From assembly GCA_001643675.2 (NCBI GenBank), contig LSRY02000030.1, positions 1-64,000 on the forward strand: 64,000 bases of DNA. Reading direction: 5' to 3'. Position 1 is the first letter of the stretch; every line of letters starts with the position of its first letter. Of this stretch, positions 1 through 11,074 are shown one piece after another. A program made the translations under genes and the position numbers. The notes below the pieces were generated by a model. The model did not search any database. It was given only the letters and a program-made list of their open reading frames with translations, and had not been told where the DNA came from. Origin of the DNA: Monocercomonoides exilis PA203. Its lineage: Eukaryota > Protista > Preaxostyla.

Positions 1-1440
1 GAATGACAAGGAAAGAGCAAAAGATTCAGCGTGAGTAAGAGGCTGATGGATGAATGCATGAGCAAAGAAGTCAGTTACAGCGACCCTGGAGCAGAGTGAG
101 AGAGAACGAGAGCAAAGGAGAGATGATATGGGGAGAGGATGAGCCAGCTGTGCCAGACAGTGTATGTGGATGAGAGGAAGTGGAAAGAAGAGTGAAGAGA
201 GAAGGAGGGGATTATATTGATGAAGGTGTTGGTGGAAGAGAGAGAAGAGGAAGAGGTGGTTGAGGTGAATGGGTTGAGTGAGTGTGAAGGAAGGGATGGA
301 AGAGATGGATGGGATTGAGGAGATGAGATGCCTGAGAAAAGGGTGTTTGAGAAATGGAGGTTGAGGTGGATTTGGAGGTGGGGATGGGATTGATGATGGA
401 TATGAAGAGGAAGAGGAAGAGGAAAATGGGAAGGCAGGTGGAGAAGGAGAAGAAAAAGAAGATGATGAGGATGAGGATGAGAAAGATGAAGCAGAAAAAG
501 GAAAGGGATGGAGAAGGGGAAGGAAGGGGAAGATAGGGAAGAAGGAGAAAAAAAGGAAAGGCTGGATGAGGGAGATGAATGAGGAGAAAGAGGAGTGGGA
601 GATGGAGAAGGAGGCAGGGATCGGAGAGTGGGGATCTGAGAGGAGACTGTTTGGTGTGGAGAAGAGGAGGAAGGAGAAGATGGCTGGTTGAGGTGGCGAG
701 AGGGAGAAGTTTGAGAGTGCGGGGAGGCATGGGCAGAGAGGAAAAGTGGAGATTTTGTTGCTGGTTGGACTTGGCAAGTGGAGGAGCAGATGGAGGCAGC
801 GGAGTGGTGTTGGGCAGTGAGGAGTGGACAACCGCCGAGAGAGATGATGTTGAGATCGTTCACGCACAAGGAGGTGTTGATGATTAAGAGATTTGTTATC
901 ACACAGGCGAAATAATTGCATCTTGGATTTTCAACTTCTTCGCGAGCACATTTCAGTATTGACTTTTGATTGCTTATAACTGGAAAGAATTCGTAACGGT
1001 AAATCAATAAAAACAGTTATATTAGTGAATATTTCACACACTATGAGAATATTTTATTCCAAACTTAATAATGTGTGATAACAATTTAAACTTTAAAAAC
1101 TTGTTGATTTTTATAAAAACTCATTTGTACATTCTCCAACATGAATTGTGGCGATAAATTACATCTGTTATTTTTGCATTTATTTGGATTCATCGAATAA
1201 TCGAATGAAAAATATGAAAAAGCAATTATCAAAGAATTAGAAGTTAGTGAATAAAACAAAGAAAAAATGTTACAAACATTCAAATGAACAGTTGAATCAT
1301 AAGTTGTTTCAAGTCAACTTGTTCATATTAGAAAGAAAAATCACTAAGAACATTTTGCTTCGAACTCAAAATGGGATTTATTTTTGTTTGATCTTTTTTT
1401 AATAATTAGAAAGGGAATTATTCCCGGGTATTTGACACGC
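1..1440. mobile_element. Cargo-carrying TIR DNA transposon ('element A'), copy 1; right part only, left end outside the window
   Basis: 575-1443 is homologous to 7233-8103, and ~1185-1443 is essentially identical to 7845-8103. It ends in ...CCCGGGTATTTGACACGC followed by TA, the same terminus as copy 2. Upstream of ~575 the two copies are unrelated. Confidence 0.75.
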
Positions 1441-1442
1441 TA

Positions 1443-3775
1443 GAACTTAAACGAAATTACTTAATCAATACCCGTTAGCTCAGTCTGAGTCCAATTAGTA
1501 GTTCATAAAACCAAAAAGTTAGACTCAAAACCGTTTTGATTGAGTCAAGTCCAATATCATTAATCATGGGATCGTGATCATAAAAAATGGTATCCTTATT
1601 AAGGGTATTTTTGTTGACATAATTTTCAACAATTTTTTGAGATGTCTCAAGCTCCACTTTTGGATGTTTTGGAATGTGTTGAAAGAAGAAACGCAATCCC
1701 TGAACATTTTGAATCAACGAAAAGAAAAGAAAACTTATCACTTATCGAATGTGCATACAAAGATGTGAAGGACCCATCTCGTGCATTCTTTTGACTCACG
1801 GGCTTTGTGCGATCAGAATTTGACATGTTACTAAGGCTGCTTCCAGATGATTCACTTCCTCATCGGGGAAAAACAAAAGCAATTAACACACAGGAAGAGC
1901 AATTATTTTTGCTTTTGAATGTTCTCCATCACGGCTCTTGTACCCTCACAAACATCCTTGCCTCAAAAAAACTCGACTATCAAAGTGCGACTGTTAGACT
2001 GCTTCATTCCATTGTGTCTCGTCTTCGAGCGCCTTTGGCCGATCTTTTTCTGTCGTTCCGCAAAGACAGAATAGAGGGCATGAAGGATGTTGGAATAGTG
2101 CTTGATTGCACTATGATTCCGACTAATCGGACAGGGGGTCGATTGGAATATGGAAAAAAGTTTTTAGTGGAAAACACCACATTTACTGTGTCAAGGCAGA
2201 AGTGGGTGTTAACCCAAAGGTTGGCACAGCAAGCACCATTAGCGCTATTTACTCAGGCTCCACGCATGACTATGTTATATTCAAAGAGCATTATCCATTG
2301 TTTGAATCAAAACTGGAGGGCTCTAAAATTCTAGCTGATTCTGCATATATTGGTGCCAGACCAGACCTTGACGCTATCATAACAAAGCCCGTTGGCACAC
2401 AGGAGCTTGCTTCCCATCGTGTAATAGTTGAAAGGTTCTTTGGAAGGATGAAAACACTCTTCTCCATCTTTCGCAAACCATGGATATTCGAAATTGATCG
2501 AATAGCTGACTATTTTAATGTGGCTTGCTGCCTAACTAATTTTCATATTCTTCATAATCCACTCACTGCGAATGACTCACAAGCAAATTCAAGATTTTTG
2601 GATGGAATGATAAGCGATTATCTTCGAAAACAGGAAGCAAAGAGCCTTACAAATGAAAGATACCTAGCCAGATTAAGAAACAAACTTAATCCAAAAGATT
2701 CATTAACTCCCACAATTACGTCTTTAACTGCAGAATCAACAAGTTTTTTGAACACTTAAATACCCATATTGCATTTATTTTCTGATTTATTGACTTTTTT
2801 CCTTCTCGTTGCCCATATTAATATTTAATTTTATTTTAGATAGCTCAGATGAGACATACGCAATATTAAAAGCCAAAGAAAGAAGAGAAAATGAACAAGA
2901 GAAAGTTATGATCCAAAGAGAGCAGCAGAGATCAGACTTACTGAGTAGGGGAAGGGACGAGCACAACATTCAGCCTCAAAATGCTGATAATTCTTTGTCA
3001 TGGTTTATCCAAAATCAATGGAAACCTGTTAGCACACTTTTTCCACCTTCATCACAACAGTTTCCTTTAATTCCATCATCTTCCTCATCCGCTTCGTCAT
3101 CTTCAACACAAAATTCAACCAGAAAACCTAATCAAACACCCCTTCAGTTTTTACTGAATTGTCAACATTAGAACTGTTTTTTATTATTATTTTTCCTCTA
3201 TTGTTCAGACACCTCAAAAATTATATAACAATGAACAGTTTTGAAACTTTTCATTTTTTTCTTGTTAAAAATAAAAAAACAATAAATTTCGTCATAGAAA
3301 AAACTCTTGTTTTGTTGTTTTCATAAAAAGCATAACAAACATTATTGATATGAAAATTTTTTTGTGAAAAACACAAAAATCGCAATTAACAATAAATGGA
3401 AAGCTTCAGAGTTATATGGGGAAAACATATTCAATCCGTTTTTAAATTACAAAACTCTCACATCTTCAAAAACGAAAACATTAGAGATAAAAATGTCACA
3501 GAATCAGAGTGAAAGATGATAATCAAACACTTCATAAATGTGTCGTTAATAAATTATAATTACTGATTCCAGCGTTTCAAAACTTTGATCATTGTATTTC
3601 ATAAGAAATTATAAAGATACAAAAAATTATGATCAGATAAAAACATATTAAAAATTTTCTGAAGATCAAAAAAGATTGACAGAAAACCGTTTTGATAGAC
3701 TCAAAACGGAAATAAAGGAAAGAATACGAATTAACTAATGCAATACGTATTGATAAGATAAATTCAGAAAAGTTC
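1443..3775 (+). mobile_element. ISL2EU/PIF-Harbinger-type (IS5-like) DNA transposon ('element B'), ~2.33 kb
   Basis: Imperfect 29-bp TIRs: left GAACTTAAACGAAATTACTTAATCAATAC (1443-1471) versus the reverse complement of the right end, GAACTTTTCTGAATTTATCTTATCAATAC (21/29 identical). Subterminal motifs AAAACCGTTTTGA and AGACTCAAAA occur at both ends (1521-1539, 3683-3709). The TIRs enclose a DDE_Tnp_4-like transposase. Confidence 0.8.
1642..3171 (+). pseudogene. DDE_Tnp_4 (Harbinger/ISL2EU) transposase, disrupted, with a predicted 3' intron
   Basis: ATG at 1642 reads MSQAPLLD...AFF*LTGFVRSEF (in-frame TGA at 1792). Motifs: VLDCTMIP (first D), FSGKHHIYCVK after a -1 shift at ~2160, GSTHD, ILADSAYIG (second D), HRVIVERFFGRMKTLF (E), CCLTNFH. 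A GT..AG intron at 2743-2839 (phase 1) joins the 2840-3171 ORF in frame. Confidence 0.85.
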
Positions 3776-4259
3776 AGCTAGCTAGTGTGTAAAAAATCCG
3801 GGACGTGTCATAAACCCGGAACTCGATTATTTTTTATTTTATTTTTTTTTCTGAAGAGTATTTTTAATGTCTTATTAACCAATTGACATGGAAATGCTTT
3901 TATTATTAATAAAAAAATTTCAAACATCGCATTGTTTCAAAAAATTAGAAAATTTTTGAAAAATAAAATAAATAAATTTATTTCTATCTCATTCATTAAA
4001 AAATAAACGTTTCAAAATAATAATTTGAATTCCAACTTGATTGAAAATGAAACTTGAAAAATAACATGTATCAAAACAGAAAGAAAAAAAAACAATGATT
4101 TAAAACATAAAGCGTATAATTTTTGGAAACAATAAACAATTTCTCACCAATCCCTTATAAAAAAACAGTTGAAAATATTCAAATAACATAAATTGTGTAC
4201 AGAATTTTCACCTAAGGGCAAGAAAAGACTTAGGCTTTTCTTTAATTTTTGATCATTTA

Positions 4260-4901
4260 AAGCTGATTACAAAAAAGGGCTTGACATCAGATGCAAATGA
4301 AGACACTTCATCCAAATTATAAATTAATTCCGATTTGTTCTGATGCTCATCAAATAAATGTCTGTCTTTTTTTCAAACCAAGAAAAAGGCATTACTTGTT
4401 GAATGAGTAGCTCTCTCAACTGACAAATGGATAAGATGGACCAAGTGAAGGTACTCATTCGAATTGATAAAAGAATATTGCCAAGTGCAGTACACTTAAA
4501 AATTTGGAGTTGACTTGTGTTGAAATTCAGCTTCTACGTCTATTGCTTTTTAAATACAAACAAAAAGATACAAATCCAAAACTTTTAAAAAAAAGAAAGA
4601 AAAATCCAACTATGTCTCACATGTTATGCGCACGGAAAGTCACCAGGTTGTATTTAATCTTTAATGTTTGAGAAGAATGAAGATTTGTTTCGCCTGTTCA
4701 GAATTGGGCGTCGTTTTATTCTGCAGATGTCCCTTCCTTCCTTGCCTTTGCAGCACGATAGATACTGCTTTTCGTAACAAATCCGTTCTTAAATAAATCT
4801 GCATGCCTTGGCTTCTTCGATTCCATTGCATCCAACAATTCAAGCAACATCTCTTCCCTGTTGACTTCATTGATTCCAACAGCATTGTTATCAAGCGTCA
4901 T
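4260..4901 (-). pseudogene. Decayed pogo/Tigger-like (DDE_1) transposase fragment
   Basis: Minus-strand fragments include VTKSSIYRAAKARKEG (HTH-like N-terminus) and, further down, SWFEKK...FYNLDEVS (~4301-4324), matching the (I/F)YNxDE(T)S first-Asp motif. Multiple stops and frameshifts are present. Confidence 0.5.
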
Positions 4902-5256
4902 TGAATCATTCTCTACTTCGGCAGCCTTCTATCTTGCATCTTCTTGATGATTTTCATTTTCTAAATATTCATCTATTTTTTCCTCATCGCAAAAATAAAG
5001 CAAAGGGGGAATATTAACAATAACTTGATTAAGGCTCTTTTATTCGTTTCCATAATAGAAATATCATAACTTTTTTTGAAAGAAAATTTCAATCGATTAT
5101 TTCGATATTTCAACTTGAAGAAGTGTTCAGGTTTTCTGCATTTTTCTATAAAAAACTTTCACAGATAAATATGATAAATACATTTCATTAAAACAACTTT
5201 TCGTTGGAGCATGAAACTGGGTTTGTGACTGAAAGATTTGAGGGGTTAAGATGCTG

Positions 5257-7389
5257 CTAAGCCAGCTGGTTGACGGAAGAGCTGAGGGAAGGAAGCTGAG
5301 GAGGTGGAGGAGGAGATAAAGATGAGCGCGCTCTTGCAGGAACAGACAATCTCCCATCATCTGAAGGCACTTTGTCTCCCAACAATGTATCTCCATCCTC
5401 ATTTTCATCTCTGTTGAAAGCTGCCTTTGAGATTAGTTGAGAAGCAGAAGAGCACGCCTTCGGTTCTGATCCATGTGCCACATTCATCCCACCAACAGCT
5501 ACACCTTCCAAAATCTCACTCAGCGCCTGCACGAAGCTCACCACAGCTGCTGCTGACATCCCCACCGATGCGACTTTTCCGTCTGATGAAGCAGCACTTG
5601 CCATTCTGAGCACACATCTCCTTGCCATGCTGAACACGTGGCCTCGTCTGTGCATGGCTGTGATGCGCGTTTCCATCGACTGCCCACACCGCTCCAGTGA
5701 TGCCTTCTCAGTCACATGCTACCTGGGCGTGGCGTACGAGGTGAACTGCTCAATAACAAACGGGCGCCCAAAGTCGACAAGAGGAGGATGAAGAGTGAGG
5801 AGATAAGTGAGATGAGATGCGTTAAATGCGGAATGCTTGACAAATGAGAAAGAAAGACAATGGGAAAGCTGTGTGGTTGTTGGGAGAAGGAGGAGGGAGA
5901 TACCAGAAGTGTAGTTTTCTTTACTCGAAGAAGATGGAGTCATTGTGGATGTGCTCGGATGCATCACAAAAATGGCTTCTCTCACTGAGGGCACATACAA
6001 CGTGGAGGAAGAGTTTTGAAGAGGGTGTGTATTGTCAGATGAAGAGTTTGTTAACTTCGCTGTGGAAGTTGAACGAGAAGGAGCCGCGCCTGTCGAAGAA
6101 GAGGAGGAAGATGAGGTGGTGGAGGAAGATGATGAAGGAGAAGTTTACATCACAGGAGCCAGCAATACAGAAGACGATGAAGCCGACTGTGGATAACCCA
6201 AAGCACTGCTTTTCCCCACCAGCCTCTTTTGTGCCAAAGAAGTCATTTCCTTGTGGAATGCGAGTGGAGACATGATTGGATTGACTGCATTGACAAGCAG
6301 ACTGAACACGTTCTGGCGCAGCTGGTGATGAAACCTTCGTTCATCGTCGTCGACGTCAGAGACAATGGGGCTGCGCTGTCTGCCTCGCTGATCTTCCGGA
6401 TGCGGTGACCACTGAGCATCTAGCCAGTACTGCTGAGCAGCTGAGAGGGCAGCTGGCTGCTGTTTGTGGTGTTCATGCAGTGCTGCTTGGCTGTTTTGTC
6501 TGCTCTGCTCTCCTTCTGCTGCGATGCAAAGGAAAGAATTGGAGTGATCAGCAGCTCGATGTCCTTGGTGAGTGGAGAGAGGAGAGGGAAGAGGGCAGAC
6601 TGGCAGATAATGGGGGAGAAGAGGAGGACAGACTGAGGCAGGGCAGTTGTGGCTGAGGCAGCTGCATATGCACCTGTGTTTTGAGAGCTGTTGGATATAC
6701 CACACAAGTTTTGAATCTGATGTGAAGAAAAGGTTAGAGCACAAATTGGTATATAAGCATGTGACAATGATGCCTTGAATGATGATGAAGAAGAATAACT
6801 TGTTCTAATCTGCACTGCAATGTCCATTATCTGCTAAAAGCGCAGAGAGTGTTGTGATCTTTTCATATTGATAATCGAACTGTTTTGTGCGTGCCTTGAA
6901 CCCAGGACTTCGTGCTTCGTCGATCTCGCTTAGTGTCTCGAGAACAGCCACTGTGCCGTCAATGCCTTCAATTCTGTCTGAAGGTGTTGGCGGGATTGGC
7001 TGCAGCCAACTTTCCGAATTAGAATCGGTGGATCTTCTGAGAGGAGAGGCAGCAGCACGTACAGAAAGAGACTTATGTGCAGAGAGGGGGCTGAGGAAGG
7101 CAGAGGGAGAGTCGGGTGAGTTTGATTGTTCAGAAGGTGCGAAGGAAGAGGGGCTTTCATCATAGCCGGTAGGTGGGGTGAGTGAAGAAGAGGAACAGAT
7201 GGAAGAAGAAGAGGAAGAGGTGGAAGAAGAGAATGAATGAGGAGAAAGAGGAGTGGGAGATGGAGAAGGAGGCAGGGACTGGGGAATGGGCATGTGGGAG
7301 GAGATTGTTTGGGGTGGAGAAGAGGGGGAAGGAGAAGATGGCTGGTTGAGGGGTGGAGAGGGAGAAGTTTGTGAGTGCGAGGGAGGCAT
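5257..7389 (-). pseudogene. Captured host-gene-like cargo inside element A (Pro/Ser-rich N-terminus fused to fragmented ORFs)
   Basis: A GC-richer block inside AT-rich element ends, broken into minus-strand ORFs (6805-7389, 6420-6827, 5257-5715) that read as protein-like but are separated by stops and frameshifts. Confidence 0.55.
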
Positions 7390-8110
7390 GGGTAGAGAGG
7401 AAAAGTGGAGATTTTGTTGCTGGTTGGACTTGGCAAGTGGAGGAGCAGATGGAGGCAGCGGAGTGGTGTTGGGCAGTGAGGAGTGGACAGTTACTGAGAG
7501 GGATGATGTTGAGATGTGTCATGTTAAATTACATGTTAATTGATTAAGATACTTGTTATCACATAGGCGAAATAATTGAATATTGGATTTTCAACTTCCC
7601 CGTTAGCACATTTCAGTACAGACTTTATATTGCTTATAACTTGAAAGAATTCGTAATAGAAAATCAACGAAAACATTCATATAAGCGAATATTTTTATTC
7701 AATAAGAAAAACAAAATACAAACTCAATTTTTATGTCAAAACAAAATAAACATAACAAACTTGTTGAATTTTATAAAAACTCATTTGTACATTCTTCCAC
7801 ATGAATTGTGGTGAATAATTACATCTGTTGTTTTTGCGTTAGTTTGGATTCATCGAATAATCGAATGAAAAATATGAAAAAGCAATTATCAAAGAATTAG
7901 AAGTTAGTGAATAAAACAAAGAAAAAATGTTACAAACATTCAAATGAACAGTTGAATCATAAGTTGTTTCAAGTCAACTTGTTCATATTAGAAAGAAAAA
8001 TCACTAAGAACATTTTGCTTCGAACTCAAAATGGGATTTATTTTTGTTTGATTTTTTTTTAATAATTAGAAAGGGAATTATTCCCGGGTATTTGACACGC
8101 TAGCCGTTGA

Positions 8111-8184
8111 GCCCGCTTAGCTCAGTACGGTAGAGCGTTAGACTCTTAATCTAACGGTCGAGGGTTCGACCCCCTCAGCGGGCG
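8111..8184 (+). tRNA. tRNA-Lys(CTT)
   Basis: Acceptor stem GCCCGCT/AGCGGGC plus discriminator G, D arm GCTC..GAGC, anticodon arm TTAGA-CTCTTAA-TCTAA, T arm GAGGG-TTCGACC-CCCTC; intronless. Confidence 0.97.
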
Positions 8185-8188
8185 AATC

Positions 8189-8203
8189 TTTTAGTTTTTT
8201 TTT
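8189..8203 (+). terminator. RNA polymerase III terminator (T4 and T9 runs)
   Basis: TTTTAGTTTTTTTTT starts 5 nt after the tRNA 3' end. Confidence 0.8.
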
Positions 8204-9809
8204 GAGCAAAAATAGTCATTATTAGGAGCACTGCTTCAATTTCATCGATTAATAATTGATGTTAATGCGGCATGACTTTTCTATCTGTTATTTAATTTAT
8301 TTGTTTTTGATTTTCATTAGTGTTTGTTAAGCACAACCATTAAATGAAGTTTTGATTTTTTTTACCTTTTTTTTTCACAATATTAATAACAACAGTTATT
8401 ATCTATAATAATAAACTTTGCATTCAAAATAATAATTTTGCAAATAAAACGAGAATTTTTGAGTTGTAAAATAAATAATTTTTGAATGCAAATTAATCAT
8501 CAATTCTTAAAAAATAAAATTTTGTTCACAATTACGAAAATGTTTTAAAACCATATTGACTCATGTATTTGCACAAATTGTGTATTGGAATAATCTTCTT
8601 GTGTGTGTGAATAATATTTTTGAAAACTTTCAATTTTTCGCTAAAGAATTATTTTTTCAAAAATTTTTTATTCTAATAAATATATGAGAGATTTTCATAT
8701 CTATTGCAAAAATTCTAATTTTGTCTTTATTTTTGTTTATTTGAACAAATTTCGTAATTTCGTTTGTTTAATTAATAATTCGTTTGCAAAAATTCTCATT
8801 TTGAAATAATGCTGGTGAAACAAATTATATATGAAGAACAAACAACGTAACATTATTTTTATAATGAAATGTTCGTCCTAGTATTTTATTCAATTCTTTT
8901 TTCTTTCTTCAAGAAAAGTTTTCGCAAATTCACACTTTTCTAATCATTTTAATATAATTATAAAATAAAATATTTATTTATAATATTTACTTTATCAAAA
9001 ATATAGATTATTAAATTTTTAAATTTTCATCTTTAAATAAATTTAAAAAAACAAAACAAAAAATTCTAAAATTATAAATATTTGTTTGTTTATAAAGAAT
9101 AAATTATATTTTCATAATTACGAATCAAATAATATTTTTTTATTTAAATACAAAAATATTTTTTTTAATTAATTTGTTATTGTAAAAATGAATAATATAA
9201 AATCAGTTTACTTATATTTTAATTAAAGCTTTTTTTGTTTGAAAGATTTTATTTTAAAATAGAATATATGAAAGATTACAAATTTTTGTTATTTTTTGTT
9301 AATAGTAGTAGATATAATTTGATATTTAATGCAAACAGAATTAATAATTATTCATTTATAAAAAACGAATGAAAATAATAATTATTGAGATTACTAAAAT
9401 CTAGATATATATGAAAATTTTTCTATTTGATATTTATAAATTATTTTTTATATTGAAAAGAATAATTCTATTTTAATATTTTTCATATTAGTATTATGAA
9501 GTGAATATATATTATAATGTTTTTCATTAACTTATAGATAAGATATTTTAAATTCTAATTAAACTTTATTTAAGTATTTTTTTCTATATTTGTTGTTTTT
9601 TGATTATAAAATTTATATTTTTTTAAAATTTTTATGGAATAATAAGTTAATTTTTGTATAATAATAATTTTTGTTTGAAAGTAATTAAAAATGTAAAATT
9701 ATAGAATTGAAGTTTGTGATGAAATTTTTAATATGGAAATAGATATTTTTATTTTTATAAAGTTCATTTTATCCTATTTTGTTTTAAATTAACAAATGTT
9801 TCGAAATTT

Positions 9810-10640
9810 TTATATGAATAAACTCGATTCGAAATAATGATGTTTTGTTTGTGCTTTTTTCGTATTCAATAATTCTGTCGAAGCAGATGACGCTGAATAA
9901 GAAGATGCAGATGCTGATTCATATATGACATTATTTGATATATAAATTGTTAAATTGTTTTTTTCATTAAATAAATATGAATTACAATAAAAACAGAAAA
10001 AATCAATCATATCAATAATATTGTTTATTGTTTTATTTTCCAAATTTTTATTTACTAAATTCGTTAAAAAACCAATTTCACTGTCGCAGTCGTTTTTGCC
10101 ATGGTGTTCGGCAAAAAACGACAGCGAGAAGTGCTTATTTTTAAAAAGAAAAGAATTATCAGAAAATAATAAATATAAAATTCGAGAATTTCTTAAAATG
10201 AAGTACATTGTCGCAAAAAAAATTTTAAAGGAATCAACATTAACAAAAATATCAAATTTTAATAATAAATAAATACATTCTCAAACAAAACGATAATCGT
10301 GAGATAATATTTCGGAAAAAATATTAAAACATTTTTTAAAAATTCCAAAATTATAAACATAAAAATCAACAAATCACAAATGTGAAATTTGTTTCTTGGA
10401 AAAAATGCTCCTCCCAGTTTCATTATTTGAAATGGGAAGCGACCAGTTTTCCTTGAAATCCGTAAGGATTATTACTTCGTCTTTTTTCAATTCATTTTTC
10501 AAATTATAAATAAACTCTCTCTAAGTAGTTGCCATTTTCTTTTGTTCATTTGTCAACTGCATTTCTTCCTTTTCTTTCTCTATCAATTATTTCCCATTTC
10601 TCTGAAATTCTCTCTCTTTATTTTCTTTATATGTACGATT
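9810..10640 (-). pseudogene. Decayed Sola2-type DDD transposase (limits approximate)
   Basis: Minus-strand motifs in the expected order but across broken frames: LTDFKENW (~10443-10466), FSEILSHDYRFV (~10285-10320), FCDNVLHFK (~10190-10216), FFAEHHGKNDCDSEIG (~10070-10120). Confidence 0.75.
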
Positions 10641-11000
10641 CTTTTCGAAATCATTATAATTCACTCTTTAATTTTCGATTAAAAACATTCTTTGAAAATA
10701 TAAAATAGAAAACAATAAAGTTTTAATACAAAAAAGAGAAAATACAGTTTGGATTCAGCTTTGATATTGGTCTTTTAAAATAAATGGAATGCACATAACA
10801 TTTGAATGAGAAAGTTTTAACCAAATATGAAAAACCCTTTCTTTGATCAATACTTCGAAAAAAGTTATGATATCAAAAATAAACTCACGTATTCTTTTTT
10901 CAGTCATACCTCGCAAAGACAGTTCTTTTCTTTGCATTTTTCATATTTCTGATTTTTTTTTTTTTTTTAAGATGTTGAATGAGGCATGTTAATATTTGGA

Positions 11001-11074
11001 GTGTGCAAAATACAGATATCGCAAAAAATACTGGAAGTTGCAAAAAATACTGGACATCGCAAAAAATACCGGAC
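11001..11074 (+). repeat. Short tandem array of ~19-20-bp units (GCAAAAAATACTGGA core)
   Basis: tgcaaaatacaga / tcgcaaaaaatactgga / ttgcaaaaaatactgga / tcgcaaaaaataccgga. Confidence 0.7.

Larger units (their letters stand above)
3785..8100. mobile_element. Element A, copy 2, complete (~4.3 kb); TA-flanked TIR element carrying a pogo-like remnant and captured coding sequence
   Basis: Left end TA|GTGTGTAAAAAATCCGGG and right end CCCGGGTATTTGACACGC|TA are imperfect inverted repeats, each flanked by TA (3783-3784, 8101-8102). The right ~870 bp is shared with copy 1. The left-end motif recurs at 44683. Confidence 0.75.

Noticed and set aside
1410-1443. Helitron 3' end (GGGAAT-T-ATTCCC hairpin followed by CTAG)
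   Set aside because: CTAG is followed by A or C rather than T, the other end is an inverted repeat flanked by TA rather than a 5' TC, and no Rep/helicase is present.
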